A stretch of DNA of 64,000 nt from Eledone cirrhosa (lineage: Eukaryota), in NCBI GenBank assembly GCA_964016885.1, contig OZ024741.1:348998001-349062000 (forward strand), read 5' to 3'. The notes beneath the pieces were generated by a model. It made no database searches, had not been told where the DNA came from, and was given only the letters and a program-made list of their open reading frames with translations. The position numbers and the translations under genes are program-made. Positions within the stretch are counted from its first letter, which is position 1; each line of letters opens with the position of its first letter. Below are positions 14,403 through 28,387 of the stretch, one piece after another.

Positions 14403-17400
14403 ACAACGGAATTGAGTGATACTACAAATACAGCCCTTGTAGACAACCCCCCCCCCCCCCACCTCCACTGACAGACAAAGAGAATGGCCAGCTAAATCTA
14501 ACAGTGAACAGCTCACCAACAATTTTGCTGAAATCCATCCAACTTCCACTGAAGAACGGCGAGAAAGGTCAGCTAACTTAAGTAGTAATTGTCACCACAT
14601 CAACAACGAGGCTGAAATTCATGACTCTACTGTACAAGCAGAACACCAAAAACTTGTGGACACCTTACAAGTGATATGGGACGATATGTTTCAAGAGATA
14701 CACAGCCTTAATGTGAGTGACAGACGATACAACACCAGAATCAGGAAAGAACCCACTAAATTGGAATTGGAAGCGGTGAACGAAATAGCTGGCAATTATC
14801 TGAAGGCTATACGATCTAAAGGTGTAGAAACGACATTTGAAACGCTTAATATTTTAGCTGTCACATTGCTATCATATAACAAACATCTAAAACCACGCAA
14901 TCAAGATACAAACAAAGAGCCTGAACCAGCGTGGATGCGAAATTTAAAAAGCAAAATTTTGTCTCTGAGACGAAGTATCTCACACATCGCAGTCGTTATG
15001 AAATGCAACATAGAGAGCAACTTCACACGACACCAGGAAGACCTAAAAAAAAAGTTAGAGATACGATTTGGAGATACAAAATTTAAAACTTTAAACTCCA
15101 AATTACACCAGTTGAAACAGCAACTCACAGCCACAACAGAAAGACTAAGATATAAGTCAACAGCACATAAACGACAAGTGCTAAATAAATTGTTTGCCAG
15201 AGATCCTAAATCAGTTTATCGCAGCTTCGGTGGCAAAAGCTCAGTCTCTGTAAATGACACCCTTCAAAATAACAGGTTGGGAGCTACTGGAGATCTGTAT
15301 GGGAAACGGATGACGGATTCAACAGATAAACTAATTGGCTAAAAGAACTGGAACAGGTCTACTGCCAACATGTCCAGACAAAACAATATGACATAGATGG
15401 GTCAATACTGGAAACAGCTCTACAGAAAATGTCGAATAGGAAATCACCAGGCCCAGACCTCATTACAGGATACTGGTCGAAGAATTTCACTTTCTATTGG
15501 CAAGATCTCATACGGCTGTTTACAGAAACCATTAAAGGCACACAAGAACTGCCCAGATGGTTATCAACTGCCACTACTCTCCTCTTTCCCAAAAATAGCC
15601 AAACAACCCTTGCTAAAAATTACCGCCCAATAGTCTGCCAAAACATCATGTATAAATTATATACTGGGTGCCTTAACCTGTTCTTACAGGATCACTGTGC
15701 TACCAACAACATCATAACACCTGAGCAAGCTGGTGGAAAGAGGGAGGTGTGGGGTTGCATAGATCACCTACTAACTAATAAAATGATTCAAGAAAAAAAA
15801 AAAGAATCGCAGAAACATGACTGGTGTGGCTGGACTATCAAAAAGCATTTGATAGTGTACCTCATGGGTGGATTGTTAAGGCTTTACAGTTAGCCAAAGT
15901 CCCACAACCACTGGTAGCTGCTGTTGAACGTCTGACCAAGAACTGGTACACCAATTTGATCCTTAGAGGTGAGAAGGAGCAAGTTAAGACTGATAAGATA
16001 CATTACCAGAAGGGCATCTTTCAGGGTGATAGCTTGTCAGTGCTACTCTTCGTTCTCTCACTAAATCCACTATATTACCTACTCAGGAAACAAGGTGGAA
16101 AAAGAAGTGGGTCCAGAAGTATCACCCATCTTTTCTTTGTTGATGACCTGAAGTTGTATGGGTCAAATATCAATGACATCAAGAAACAATTGGACCTCAT
16201 TACACAATTTTGAACAGACATCAAAATGAAATTTGGTGAGTCCAAGTGTGCATATTTGGCAGTAAAACGTGGAAGAGCTGTGCCCTCCTCTAGAAATCTA
16301 GAGATGAACGGCCTGACAATACAACCTCTACGGTCAGGTGACAACTACAGATAGCTTGGACAGGATGAGAATGTCAGATATGATGGACCCATAAATAAGG
16401 AGAGAACCAGAGCTGAATACCTCAGAAGAGTAAAGAAAATATGGTCATCAGAACTGTCAGCGTACAACAAATACATTGCCCACAATACTTATGCTGTGCC
16501 AATTCTAACGCCAACATTTGGCCTGCTGAACTGGTCATTGCAAGAACTAAGTGAGATGGATGTTAGAACTCGCAAACTTCTCAGTGTTACTGGGAACTTT
16601 ATCATCAATGGTCATATGGATAGGCTATACTTCTCACGCAAGGAAGGTGGCCGGGGCCTAAAATCCATATTAACATCATATGAGACCCGGATATTAACAC
16701 TGAAGCAACATCTTCAACAGAGGAAAAAGGTTGGCAACCATCTTGCCCAGGTTTATGAGCATGAAAAAAAAATCATTAGAATAGCCACTGATCTGGAGGA
16801 GAGATATGAAATAAAGCCTGATATAAATCTCTCACCCAGAAAAATCGGAAGATCCTATTCAATGTTCAAACAAGATGAAAAAATTGACCAATATACAGAA
16901 AAAGTTGTGCATGGATACTTGAGACGTAAAAACAGACCATAGAGGGGATAAACCACTCAAAAAGCCTGGCATGGAGTTCCGATAAGTTTATGACATCACA
17001 CCTTGAGGGATATCTCTATGCAATACAGGAACAAGAAACCCCTACCAAATATCTGCTGCACAAAAGGGGAGGGCTATCAGCTGACAATAAATGTAGGCTA
17101 TGTAAAACAAAGATCGAGGATGTAAGCCACCTTGTTGCCAGCTGCGAAAGAATGTCATCTCGCTACTACCTCCCCATGAGACACGATGAGATAGCTAGAA
17201 CCATCTGGAACACACTTCGGAAAACAAAATTAACAACAAACGAGGAAAAATATATTGAGACAGATGGCACTAAGGAATACAGGTGAAACCTGAAAATAAA
17301 AACTGCCGCCAAATTAAAGCACAACCGGCCTGATATTGTTGTTTGGGACCATACATTGAAAACGTGTTCTGTTGTGGAGATCAGCTGTCCACTTGATGTA

Positions 17401-17745
17401 AATGTTGTCAGAAAAATACAGGAGAAGGAGGACATCTACGGACCATTGATGAGGAGTTTACAAATCCAGTATCCAAGATACACCTTTAGCTTCATACCCA
17501 TCATTATTGGAGCTACGGGTTATATACCAACCCGCTTGGACCAAAGTATGACTGAACTTGAATTTGCGGACAAAGAGCGCAGCTCCCTAATTCATAGTCT
17601 ACAAATGGCTGCGATAACTGGCACCTTCAAAATTTGCAAAACATTCTTGCGATTCAAGGGATGGCAATTTCTTTTCTTTTACAACCTTGCCACCAGGAAG
17701 GTGGCCGGTCAGTTAAATATACTCTAAATTAAGAGAAAGAGATAA
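14403..17745 (+). mobile_element. R4/Dong-clade non-LTR retrotransposon (RT + restriction-like endonuclease), 5'-truncated and frameshifted
   Basis: KSPGPD, NYRPI, WLDYQKAFDSVPH, GIFQGDSLS, HLFFVDDLKLY; CRLC..HLVASC, RHD, RPDIVV, VEISCP; multiple stops and frameshifts; (TACA)n on both sides. Confidence 0.93.
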
Positions 17746-18041
17746 TATACATACATACATACAAACATACATGATGATGATAATGATGGCTGTCCCCTCG
17801 TTATCGAGTATGGTCATTGCACGAAAAAAAAATTAATAATAATAATAATTATAACAACAATAATAATATATATATATATACACACACACACATATACACA
17901 CATACACACACACATATACATATCTATACATACACATACATATATATATATATATACACATACATACACATAAATACACATACACTCACAAAACCACACA
18001 CTCACACACACATATATATATACACCCACACAATAACAATT

Positions 18042-18238
18042 AATGGTGCTGCGATCGAATGTGGCTTTTTAGCCCAGCCAATGATCTAAAATGTATTGCA
18101 CAGAGTTGGCAACCAAAACATTCACTGGCAGTAGCCGGCTGTGGTTGGAGTTCATGTACTTTTGCATCTCGTTTGAGCCCTCCTGCTGATCTACACTCTC
18201 TTCCACATGCTTGACAGGCATGATGAGTAGCATCTCCA
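18042..18238 (-). pseudogene. RTE-type C-terminal zinc-finger fragment
   Basis: CQACGRECRSAGGLKR..H; CQLCAIHFRSLAGLKSHIRSQH. Confidence 0.6.
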
Positions 18239-18368
18239 ACATACATACATACATACAACCTTCAATCCACCCAAAATGTCATACCTATGACACTACCACT
18301 TAGACACGATGAACCTAAGACACTGCAGCTCTATGATTTTGAGCATAATGACGGCTGTCAGCAATAAT

Positions 18369-18552
18369 TGTTTCTACTTTAGGCACAAGGCCAGTAATTA
18401 CGCAGTGCATTACTGGTACTTTATTTTATCGACCCCGTAAGGATGAAAGGCAAAATCAACCTCGGCGGGATTTGAACTCAGATCGTAAAGGGACATAACT
18501 ATGCTGGAAAGCATGGCGTCCGACCCTCTACCGATACTGCCAATCCACCGCC
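18369..18552 (-). mobile_element. tRNA-derived SINE (Meta-domain-like) with 14-bp TSD
   Basis: Box A-like TGGCAGTATCGG, box B-like GAGTTCAAATCC, core TTTGCCTTTCATCCTTACGGGGTCGATAAAAT; TSD CTGTCAGCAATAAT at 18355 and 18553. Confidence 0.9.
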
Positions 18553-19067
18553 CTGTCAGCAATAATACAACTTATATATGACAAAAGTACCCTACTTCAA
18601 TATTGCAAACGTGCATGTTACACCGATCTGTCATCTACCTGTGACGCTTTTTTAATTTTTTATTTTTGAGATTTCTGTTTATAACGTTAATATTAATAGT
18701 GTTGAAAATCTTTGTATATTCAGGGGGGGGGGGGATTCTACTTTATGGGAGATAATTACTCATAAAACAATTTGAGTTATGTACCTTGATATGCAACCGC
18801 TTTAGTTTATTTTATATTTCCTGGTCTGTCTTGAGAGTGTGATTAGTATAGTCATAGGAGGCGTTTCTAGTCATACACTTCTGACATTCGGTTAAAAAAT
18901 ATGTGCTGCTTCTATTGATATGAATTTAAAATATAATTTTGCTGCATAGTGAACAGTTTAATATATTTAACTTTCCATTCAAAAGTCTCTGGTAAACTCA
19001 ATGCTGTACAAGAAGTCAATTGCACAATGTACCGTTCGGTAAAACTGAACTAGAAACTACGCATGCG

Positions 19068-19237
<170 letters not shown>

Positions 19238-19724
19238 AATGAATATATGATGGGGATAAACCCTGATACAAGTATACATGTGTTCGCTTTGCAAATGACC
19301 AAGTTAGCTAGATTGAAAAATACTAATTTAAAATAATACGGTTTGCCTGTCTCGATTTAAAATAATAAATCAATAAAAACAAACCTATATTGGCAATAGC
19401 CGTGATACCCGGACACATTTTTAATTTGTTTCGCAACAATTAAGTGAAAGTTACTATGCCTGTGCTCTTCTGCGGGTAATCAGAAGTTGGTAGGTTTCAC
19501 TTCAAAATACTTAAGAAGACTGAGAGAAATGTGTTGTTGAACGCACATGTGTCACAGCGCCTAGCTCGTCCCATACTCGTGCCGCTAAAAATAGCAGCAG
19601 GTTTTATGGAACTAAAAATTAGCTCTACGTATGGAACCGAGAATATTATATATAGAGTTATAAACTTAAAATAGTCTTTTACATTTAAATAGCTCAAAGA
19701 AAGGAATATTTCCGAGCCGCCGCG

Positions 19725-19948
<224 letters not shown>

Positions 19949-20000
19949 TATATATATATATGTATACATATATATATACACACACACACATATACACACA

Positions 20001-20670
20001 CAGACATATAAATATATGCAGGGAAGCTCGACAATTATTCAACACGAGGCACGAAGGTTGCGTTGTCAGAGCAAGTGCGCGTGATCTTAAACACGGAGGG
20101 ATAAAGCTGTTCATGGGCCCGTGTGACCGTCTTTTGTGGAAGGTACTCGATCCCAAGTAGATGGGAAAGGATTTTCAGAAACATTTCACTGAAATGTTCG
20201 GAACTAATGGAGGGCCACGGCTCTCGATGAGGGAAGATGAGTGTTGCGAACAGTCAACAACAGCCAATGAAACATGGGACGCGATCGCTAGCTGCACGAG
20301 GGGAAACTCGCCTAGTTTAGATGATCTGCTCTACGATCTTTACGGAAACATGCCAGACTTGTTCGGCGACATTTTAGTGGACGTCTACGCCAAATGTCAG
20401 CAGAACGGTAGAATTCCCAGTTCTGTGAGACGAGGGGTTGTAGGGCTGCTGAGAAAGTGACGGAACAATGGGGATTGTATTGATAATTTTAGGCCCATAA
20501 CATTTTGGTCAATGTGTTAGCGTCGAGATGGGGCTTTCCTTCGGTGACCTGGTAGGTGAAGGGCAAACCTGCACCATTCCAGACAGATCCATCCACCTCC
20601 ACCTCATGCGATACATCATAGAGAGGGTGGTTAAGGAACCTGGCATTGGAGGTGTTCTGATAAACTTAAG
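20001..20670 (+). pseudogene. Decayed Tx1/L1-like LINE RT fragment
   Basis: GNSPSLDDLLYDLY..NGRIPSSVRRGVVGLLRK, DNFRPIT, QTCTIPDRSIH; stops and frameshifts. Confidence 0.7.
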
Positions 20671-20911
20671 GTGATCTTCGCTACATAAATACATGCATAC
20701 ATAAACACAAACAAATTATATAATCATGAAGTGTTGAAGTATAAATCTTTCTTGATATAGAGCTTGTCCGTCTTATTTCCGGTATGGTAATATGTATGTT
20801 GGATCAAGTAATATCTATAACAATACAGTTCATTGTCTCAGTAAAACAATACTTTGTTTGTTGTGTTTGTTTGGTGACTGTGTGGATATGTGCCTGTGTG
20901 TGAGTGCGTGC

Positions 20912-20950
<39 letters not shown>

Positions 20951-20954
<4 letters not shown>

Positions 20955-21148
20955 AACGAGTAGGACCCCGACGGCTGAGCTCAAGCCGTTTCGACGGCTA
21001 ATTCTGGACTGAGTTCAGAATTAGCCGTCGAAACGGCTTGAGCTCAGCCGTCAGGGTCCTACTCGTTCCTATTATCCACTCTACTACCCTAAGTATTGAG
21101 TACTTTGGTGCGTTATGGTCCACCTGGTTCCTTACCACATTTCCTCCG

Positions 21149-21150
<2 letters not shown>
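20951..21150 (+). mobile_element. Palindromic half-hammerhead element (same family as 12971-13353) in (TA)n
   Basis: About 122-bp near-perfect palindrome at 20951-21072, then an 80-bp tail, then (TA)n. Confidence 0.7.
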
Positions 21151-21220
<70 letters not shown>

Positions 21221-21779
21221 ATACACACACACACACATACATACATACATACATACATATATAATATGTAAAACATTCCAAATATTCTGCATCTAATAAC
21301 TGCATATACAAATGTACAGATACAAAGCATATGCACATGCAAAGATACAAGTCAAAACATACACATCCACACATACAATAACATCCATACCTGCACACAC
21401 GTGCATGCATGCAGACATGCAGACATATCTACTTAGCTGATGTTGTGTAAATTCCAATGAGAGAGTCTTGTTTCTATGTTAGAAACCGGCTCTCTCACTA
21501 TTGGTAAAAATTTGTGAAATTATAAAACCAGAACATACATACATTGAAAGGGAAAAGGCAAAGAGTGAAAGGAAAAGCGCCAAAACGGAGGAAGAGAAGA
21601 AAAAAACAGACTCTGCGTACCCCCAGCTCGAAAGACAAAGGACAAAAGCTCCGACTTGGACAAACGAGCCTGGCTGGAAAACAAAGAAGAGGCAGAAAAA
21701 GTAGCCAGTTGAAAGGACACGAGAACCCTATAACACATCTTGAGAGAGATGACTGGGAAAGAGTGTAATCCGAGTATCC

Positions 21780-23158
21780 TAGTAAAAGACAAATGTGGCA
21801 AGACCCTGGTGACAGCAGAAAAACAAGACTAGAGATGAATCACTTCTGTGATACACCAAACCAACTGGCTCCAACTGCTCTATTAGCCTTTGACTCAGAG
21901 CTAGTGGTAATCGATGTACCGCTCCAAGTCTGCGAAGGCCAAATTGCCGAAGAGGAAACAAGAGATGCGATCAAAGCTCTGAAGAACAACAAGGCCGGAG
22001 GACTTGATGAGATCTCTGCAGAGATGTTGAAGTCTGGTGAGGAAAATATTATCACAGTACTGACCAGACTGATAAACCGCTACTTGCAGGACGGACAGGT
22101 GTCCTTTGGATGGCAACAGAGAATCATCGTTAAACTGACGAAGGAGAATGTAACAGATTGTAACAACTGGCATGGATTCACTCTGTTGTCGGTCCCGGAC
22201 AAAGTTTTCAGCACAGTGTTGCTTTGATAGCTGCAACAAGATGTAGAATCTATGCCCAGACTAGAACAAGCGGGTTTCCGAAACAGCCGTTGGTGCGCTG
22301 AACAAATGTTTACACTGTGCAACATCATTGTGCAATGCATCGACCCGCAAAAGCTGCTGGTAGTCAACTTTGTTGACTTTCAAATAGAATTTGACAGCTT
22401 GCTCATGGAGTCGCTGTGGAACATTGCGCGCTTGTATGGCATTCCACAGAGTTTCATCACCAACTCGAGCTATTGCTTGAGAACTAAATCCGGTACAATG
22501 AAGATCGTCGACATCATTTCTTGGGTCAAGCAAGGCTACATCCTCTCACCCCTAATGGCAGATGATTTCATATTGAAAATGACTGCCAACGGAGCCGGTT
22601 AAGGGATCTTGTGGGCAGGAAAAGCAAGGCTGAAAGACCTGGATTTTGCCAATACCATCTCCTTGCTAGCTGAGAACAGTACGAACGTACAAGAGCTAAC
22701 AACCTCCCTGCAGCCGAACGCCGAGAAGATCAGGTTACGAATCAACACCAAAAAGACCAAGGTTATGAAGGTGGGAAGCGACCCCGGCCAGGCCACTGCA
22801 GTTAAGGTGAACCAACAGGAGTTGGAGGAGGTCGACCATTTCATGTACCTAGGTAGAATTGTAACCAACAGTGGCGACATCGAGCTGCAGGATTGCAACG
22901 AGTGCACTTGATTTGGTCAAACACAGTCATCACCATATACATCAAGCTACGCTTGTACACAATCGGTGTGCTTCCTACGGCCATCTAAGCCTGTGAAACG
23001 TGGAAACGCACTGCCAATACGGATAGACGTCTAAACACTTTCCATCAAAGATGCCTGGGTAAGATTCTAAAGGTCACCAGGCGAGAGCGGGTCAGAAATG
23101 AAGAGATCCTGTAGAGATCAGGGTCACATACATTGCAGGAGATCGTCCCGCAAACACT
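21780..23158 (+). pseudogene. Decayed RTE-clade LINE RT
   Basis: ALKNNKAGGLDEISAEMLK, NWHGFTLLSVPDKVF, EQAGFR, VNFVDF..FDS, VKQGYILSPL, LDFANTISLL, LEEVDHFMYLG. Confidence 0.88.
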
Positions 23159-23159
23159 C

Positions 23160-23330
23160 AACAAAATTTGAGTGTGCATCTATAACTACAAATATGTGAT
23201 GATAAAGGTCAGGGGACGGTAGAGAACATTTGAAGTCGATGTTAAGTCGCTCAAATCGTTTACAGGGGTAGAATCTTGATTTCAATTTTGAGCATGTGAT
23301 GCGTTCATCACAAGATTTTGTTAGCAAGTT
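23160..23330 (-). pseudogene. Gypsy-type LTR retrotransposon integrase relic
   Basis: CSKLKSRFYP..FERLNIDFKCSLPS...HIFVVIDAHSNF resembles the start of the integrase core (FERLxxDFKGPLP..LxVIDxYSRF). Confidence 0.55.
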
Positions 23331-25179
23331 CTTAGATGGAACCGTTTCGTAATCCAGTTACTTCAGATGAAACAAAAGCAATTATAATGGTTATAGGCGA
23401 GCAATATGTAAATGTATTAGCGACTGCGTTATCTTTGCCAGTTTTACGCTGCATGCCATAAACGTAAGGTGATAATTTTGTGTCAATGCAAAAACTATTC
23501 AGTTTTCGTTTTTCGCCACTTTTTCCTTAATAAATATGTTGATCAGTATGAAGTGTTAAATGGTATTGAACTAAAACGTTTGACATTTCCTAAGGCATCC
23601 TTTGGTATCAATAGTCTCACTTTCAATTAATGAGAGAGTTTGTTCAGAGTAAAACAATATTTTGTATGAGAAAACGACGGGCTTATTGTTTTGTGGAAGG
23701 AGACGTGTGATTTTAGTTTCCGAATTATCAATTTCAACATGTAGTGAAGTATCACAGACATTTCAAGCAAACGAATAGTCTCTAGTCATCTTTTCTTTCA
23801 TTGGAAAAGTAGGATTTAGCAGAAGTTGAATTAGTTCCAAATAAAGAGACACCTATTTAGAATAGCAAGTAAACAATTGCCCGTTATAGTAGTTGAACAT
23901 TGCTAGGCGTCGGACAATAAACAAGGTGTTTCGATCTTCCTAGTCAGGTTGCGAAAACTGTTTGTTATTTTGTATCCTAGGTAACAACTGTGCGGATAGA
24001 GGAGAAGGTACTTGTCATTGTTCAATGTATTTAGTCTCTTAGTTACTGAAATATATTTAGCCAGTGATTTCACCGTGTTTCTATAAAGTTTTGCTAATGA
24101 GAATAACATCGTCGGAAGAGCTGTTAACTCCTTTGATATCAGCGTAGGATAATTATAGCATCCATCACTCTTTAAAAGGTGTTCGTGGCCTTAGGCACTT
24201 AAAAGGCAACCTTGTGAGCTCGAATAAGGGTCCATCTGAAACAGTGTATCTCTTACTATTATTGTTGAGTAGGATTTGATGATATGTTGCTTTTGATGGA
24301 TATATATCATCCAATAGAACGTGGGTTGATAAGTCTTACTAGTCTCAATTACTAACATTCTCTCCAGAAAATAACGAGTGTTCGAAGCGAGAGCGCGTGT
24401 GTAAGAAATAGAGAGAAACAAACAGACAGACCGGATGTCAGACTAAGTTGGCCGATGAAATCAAAATAACGAACAATAGTTTGGGGGTCATTCGGCTATT
24501 CAAAAGTACATCTTTTAGACTCGCTCTCTCTCCTATATATCCATATATATATACCAAATCCGAACACAAAGGGACCAAACTCCCGCTATCACTGCCCCGT
24601 CTCTCCCGTTCTCCCCATCTCTCACTTTTATGAGCAAATGAGGGCCCACGCACTGTGACGGAGAAAATCTTCTTCACCATCTCCTCTACCAAATCCAACC
24701 AGAGTTGCACATTCTCTATCTCAATACAAAGACAATCACTATCGTTGCATAAATTTTTCAATCGTTTGTCGCAACTATTTGTTGCGTTCTAAAGTTTCGG
24801 AATGTTTGCTACTGGTGCAGTTGCCGCTGGTGTTGGTGTAGTTACAGTTAATAGTGCTGTTACTACGGCTACTGTAGCAGTCGCAATTGTCGCTGTTCCA
24901 TTCACAGTTGTAGCCATATTAAAAAATACGTTATTAGTATTGTTTCCCTGAACAAAAAATTGTGCAAATGAATAAACATGAATGGCAACAATGAATATAT
25001 AAGCCTATCTATAATTACATGAAAGTATATATGCTATTATACACCTAATTATGTTAATGTCATTGTCTTTATAATGCATTTGTAAATGTTTTGCGTTGAT
25101 TTTGTCCTGTTATCGTTTTGTTTTCCCATATATAAATTGTATATTAACTCTAATTAACACAGAAATGTCGCGTGCTCGT

Positions 25180-25241
<62 letters not shown>

Positions 25242-25563
25242 TTTTATATAAATATGTGTGTATGTGTGTGTTTTATAAATGACAATTAAGTATGTAATCA
25301 AGAAATATTTATAATTTATTATTATAACCACATGAATATCTGGTGACGAATAATACCTAAACCAAAAATAACAATTTCTCGCGTTGTGGGTTGAAAGAGA
25401 AATATATTTATATATATGCGTGTGTGTGTATGCGTGTGTGTGTATGCGTGCGTGTATATGCGTGTGTGTTCACATGTGTGTTTGTGTGTGTGTGCGTGTG
25501 TGTGTGTGTGTGTGTGTGCGAGTATGTGTGTTTCTCTGAGTGTCTTTGTGTGTGTGTGTGTGC

Positions 25564-25594
<31 letters not shown>

Positions 25595-26863
25595 TGCAAG
25601 CGTGTGTGTTTCTCTGTGTGTTTTTGTGTGTGATTGTGTTTGTGTTTTTATGTTTTTCACGTTTACTTTCAATATGATTTCCTTAAATGCCCCAAGACAC
25701 ACAAGTACCTTAGTTTGAAATTACCAAATCAAATTTAAGAAAAACAAAATTTACAAAAGATACAAGAAAACAATCTAATTTAAAGAAGTTGTGTAGACGT
25801 TGACCAATTTGAAAACGAATTAATTTTGTTTTTAAGTAACTTATTGATTTGTACGCTACTAACAAAAGTTTTTACACCATTTAAGATAATACTACTAGCA
25901 AAACTTGACTGAAGACATTAGTAAACTGTCAGATACAACAAACGTGTCACAGTATTTTCCATATAAACTGCACCTCCTTGTGTGAGGGATTTACGTAAGA
26001 ACATGCTAAGAGGAGGGTAAGTTTACTTGGAAATATATGGCATGTAGAATTCTGATTCATATATTGATCAAGGTAAGGGATGTGAGACTATGCAGCTGTT
26101 CCTCAACATTATGGTGAGAGGAAGCATCATGCCCCATACACTTGGCCCCCAAATCGTTCTGTTATAGATTGCTAGGTGGAATGCTAGGGGCATTGATATT
26201 GACCTTATCCTTGGCACATTCTCTTAGTTAGATAACAGTGAACGAGTGTCTTGTACATAATTAGGCAACTAAAACAATGTGGTCGAGGAGGGGGGATTGT
26301 ATGGACACACATATCCTAATGCGACCAATGTAGACGGAGCGATTTTTTTTAGGGGAAATCAAACCATAAGACAAAAGAGAGTGCCACAAACCGCAAAGAC
26401 ATGTCCCAGCAGCTGTTATTTCCAGTCACAACACAACTAGTCGCTGCAGAGGTTAAATGTCTGGGCATGGTGAAAAGACTGATTTCATCCTCGAGAACAG
26501 AAGCTAATAAACAATTGTGTCTCTTTATTGTCATGTGATTGGAGGTAGTAAATGGACAAAATGTCAAATTGTTGGTCGGAAATCCTGTAAAGAGGGGAAG
26601 ATGTTTACTCTAGTTAAAAGCTCTAGTTAAAAGCTCGCAGAACTATTGAACAAAAGATACAACCTTTTACCGAAGGAAACCAAAATTAAGACGATATGAA
26701 ACGGTTCTAGCCTTGTAGAAGACATTTCTATATTATACATTGTATATACGCTACTATGTGTTGAGTACCTTACAGACTGTGGTTACCCCCGATTGAACCC
26801 GGGATACGCACACACGCGCACGCCCCCCCCCCCCACACACACACACATACACACACACACACT

Positions 26864-26910
<47 letters not shown>

Positions 26911-26961
26911 TATAAGGATAAGGAACAAGGATTCAGTGGTGCATCATAACATATTTAATAA

Positions 26962-27051
26962 CATATTACATTTGTTTCACTATCGAGCAGCTCGAAGCAA
27001 GACCTATTATAGATCGGACCTGACTCAGTAATCGAAAGGTCGTCAGATATG
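26962..27051 (-). ncRNA. Type I hammerhead with long stem II insertion
   Basis: Minus strand: CATAT-CTGACGA-about 60 nt structured-GAAA-CAAATG-TA-ATATG. Confidence 0.65.
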
Positions 27052-27116
27052 ATTAGTATATGAGTTTGTCTCCGATTCTGAGAATCGGCAAACTCGAGCT
27101 GATCGATAGTGAAACA

Positions 27117-27174
27117 TACTCTTTTACTCTTTTACCTGTTCCAGCCATCCGGCTAAGGCCATGCTGGGGCACCG
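27117..27174 (-). mobile_element. Short retroposon 3' fragment with (AAAGAGT)n tail
   Basis: Minus strand CGGTGCCCCAGCATGGCC...AACAGGTAAAAGAGTAAAAGAGTA; homologue at 31391-31451. Confidence 0.75.
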
Positions 27175-27456
27175 TAATATGTTATTAAATATGTTATGAT
27201 TCACCACTGAATCCGTGTTCCTTATCCTTATAATATTATACTCTGCTATGCGCGAGCATCTAGCGCTCAACCGGCATAACGCCTGCGGACGCATTTTTCA
27301 TGCAACCATACAACTACATATATATATGTAATCTGGGTTTTTCGAATATTAATAATAATATTCGATTCGTTTGCAATTATGCAAACAAGCCTCATTTTAA
27401 AATCCATGTCAGTAAAATGAGTCCCTCATTCTAGCTCTTGTGTTGGCATATAAACA

Positions 27457-27506
27457 GAACTGCAGACACTAATGTTTCTGGGTATTACCCTTCATCAGTA
27501 CAGTTC
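27457..27506 (-). ncRNA. Type I hammerhead ribozyme
   Basis: Minus strand: GAACTGTA-CTGATGA-AGGGTAATACCCA-GAAA-CA/TTAG/TG-TC-TGCAGTTC; 8-bp stem I; GUC. Confidence 0.85.
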
Positions 27507-27790
27507 ACTGTTCACCTGCCAACTGTCAGAGCTAGTGAAAAAATATGATATTTTCTAAAATATACAGTGACTGATCGGCCTAATTTGCATATTAGCAGAC
27601 TGGCTGATCAGTCAGATCAACATATTAGCAGATCCACTGATCAGCCAGATTGGCATATCAGCAGACTGGCCAGTCATTTCATGTATACGAGCGATCAATG
27701 GCCGGCTTTCTCATATTCAAATTTTTTAAAAAATGTTCGCTCTACATGGCTTAATATGATAAATATAATCTGAGTTTTTCGAATATTAAT

Positions 27791-27965
27791 AATTGTTTCT
27801 ACTTTGGCACAAGGCCAGCAATTACCCAGTACATTACTGGTACTTTATTTTATCGACCCCGTAAGGATGAAAGGCAAAGTTAACCTCGGCGGGATTTGAA
27901 CTCAGATCGTAGAGGGGCGTAACTATGCTGGAAAGCATGTCCGACCCTCTACCGATTCTGCCAAT
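27791..27965 (-). mobile_element. tRNA-derived SINE
   Basis: Same family as 18369-18552. Confidence 0.9.
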
Positions 27966-28140
27966 TCGATTCCTTTCCAATTATTCAAACAAGCCTCATT
28001 TTTAAAGCCATGTCAGTAGAATAAGCCCCTCATTCCAACATAAAAGCAAGAATGAGGAGAACATTCTACTGACATGGCTCTAAAAATGAGGCTTGTTTGC
28101 ATAATTGCAAGCGAATCGAATATTATTATTAATACTTGTT

Positions 28141-28331
28141 AGGGCGGTGGATTGGCAGTATCGGTAGAGGGTCGGACGCCATGCTTTCCAGCATAGTTAC
28201 GTCCCTTTACGATCTGAGTTCAAATCCTGCCGAGGTTGACTTTGCCTTTCATCCTTACGGGGTCGATAAAATAAAGTACCAGTAATACACTGGGTAATTG
28301 CTGGCCTTGTGCCTAAAGTAGAAAAAATTAT
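28141..28331 (+). mobile_element. tRNA-derived SINE, full length
   Basis: GGCGGTGGATTGGCAGTATCGG..GAGTTCAAATCC..GCCTAAAGTAGAAA. Confidence 0.9.
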
Positions 28332-28387
28332 TAATACTCGAAAAACTCAGATTACATTTATTGTATTCAGTCATGTAAAGCGAAAAC

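Larger units (their letters stand above)
26910..27235 (-). mobile_element. HHR-bearing fold-back element next to (TA)n
   Basis: Inverted arms 26910-26995 / 27093-27235; the right arm is interrupted by a short insert. Confidence 0.75.

Noticed and set aside
19243-19280. Hammerhead-like ATGATGGGGATAAACCCTGATACAAGTA
   Set aside because: Several core mismatches and a weak stem I; similar weak hits near 9430-9495, 42095 and 60495 were also not called.
27571-27670. CRISPR-like repeats
   Set aside because: A tandem minisatellite without unique spacers, in a eukaryotic context with no cas genes.
28141-28230. tRNA gene
   Set aside because: The A/B-box-like head belongs to a multi-copy SINE; no cloverleaf.
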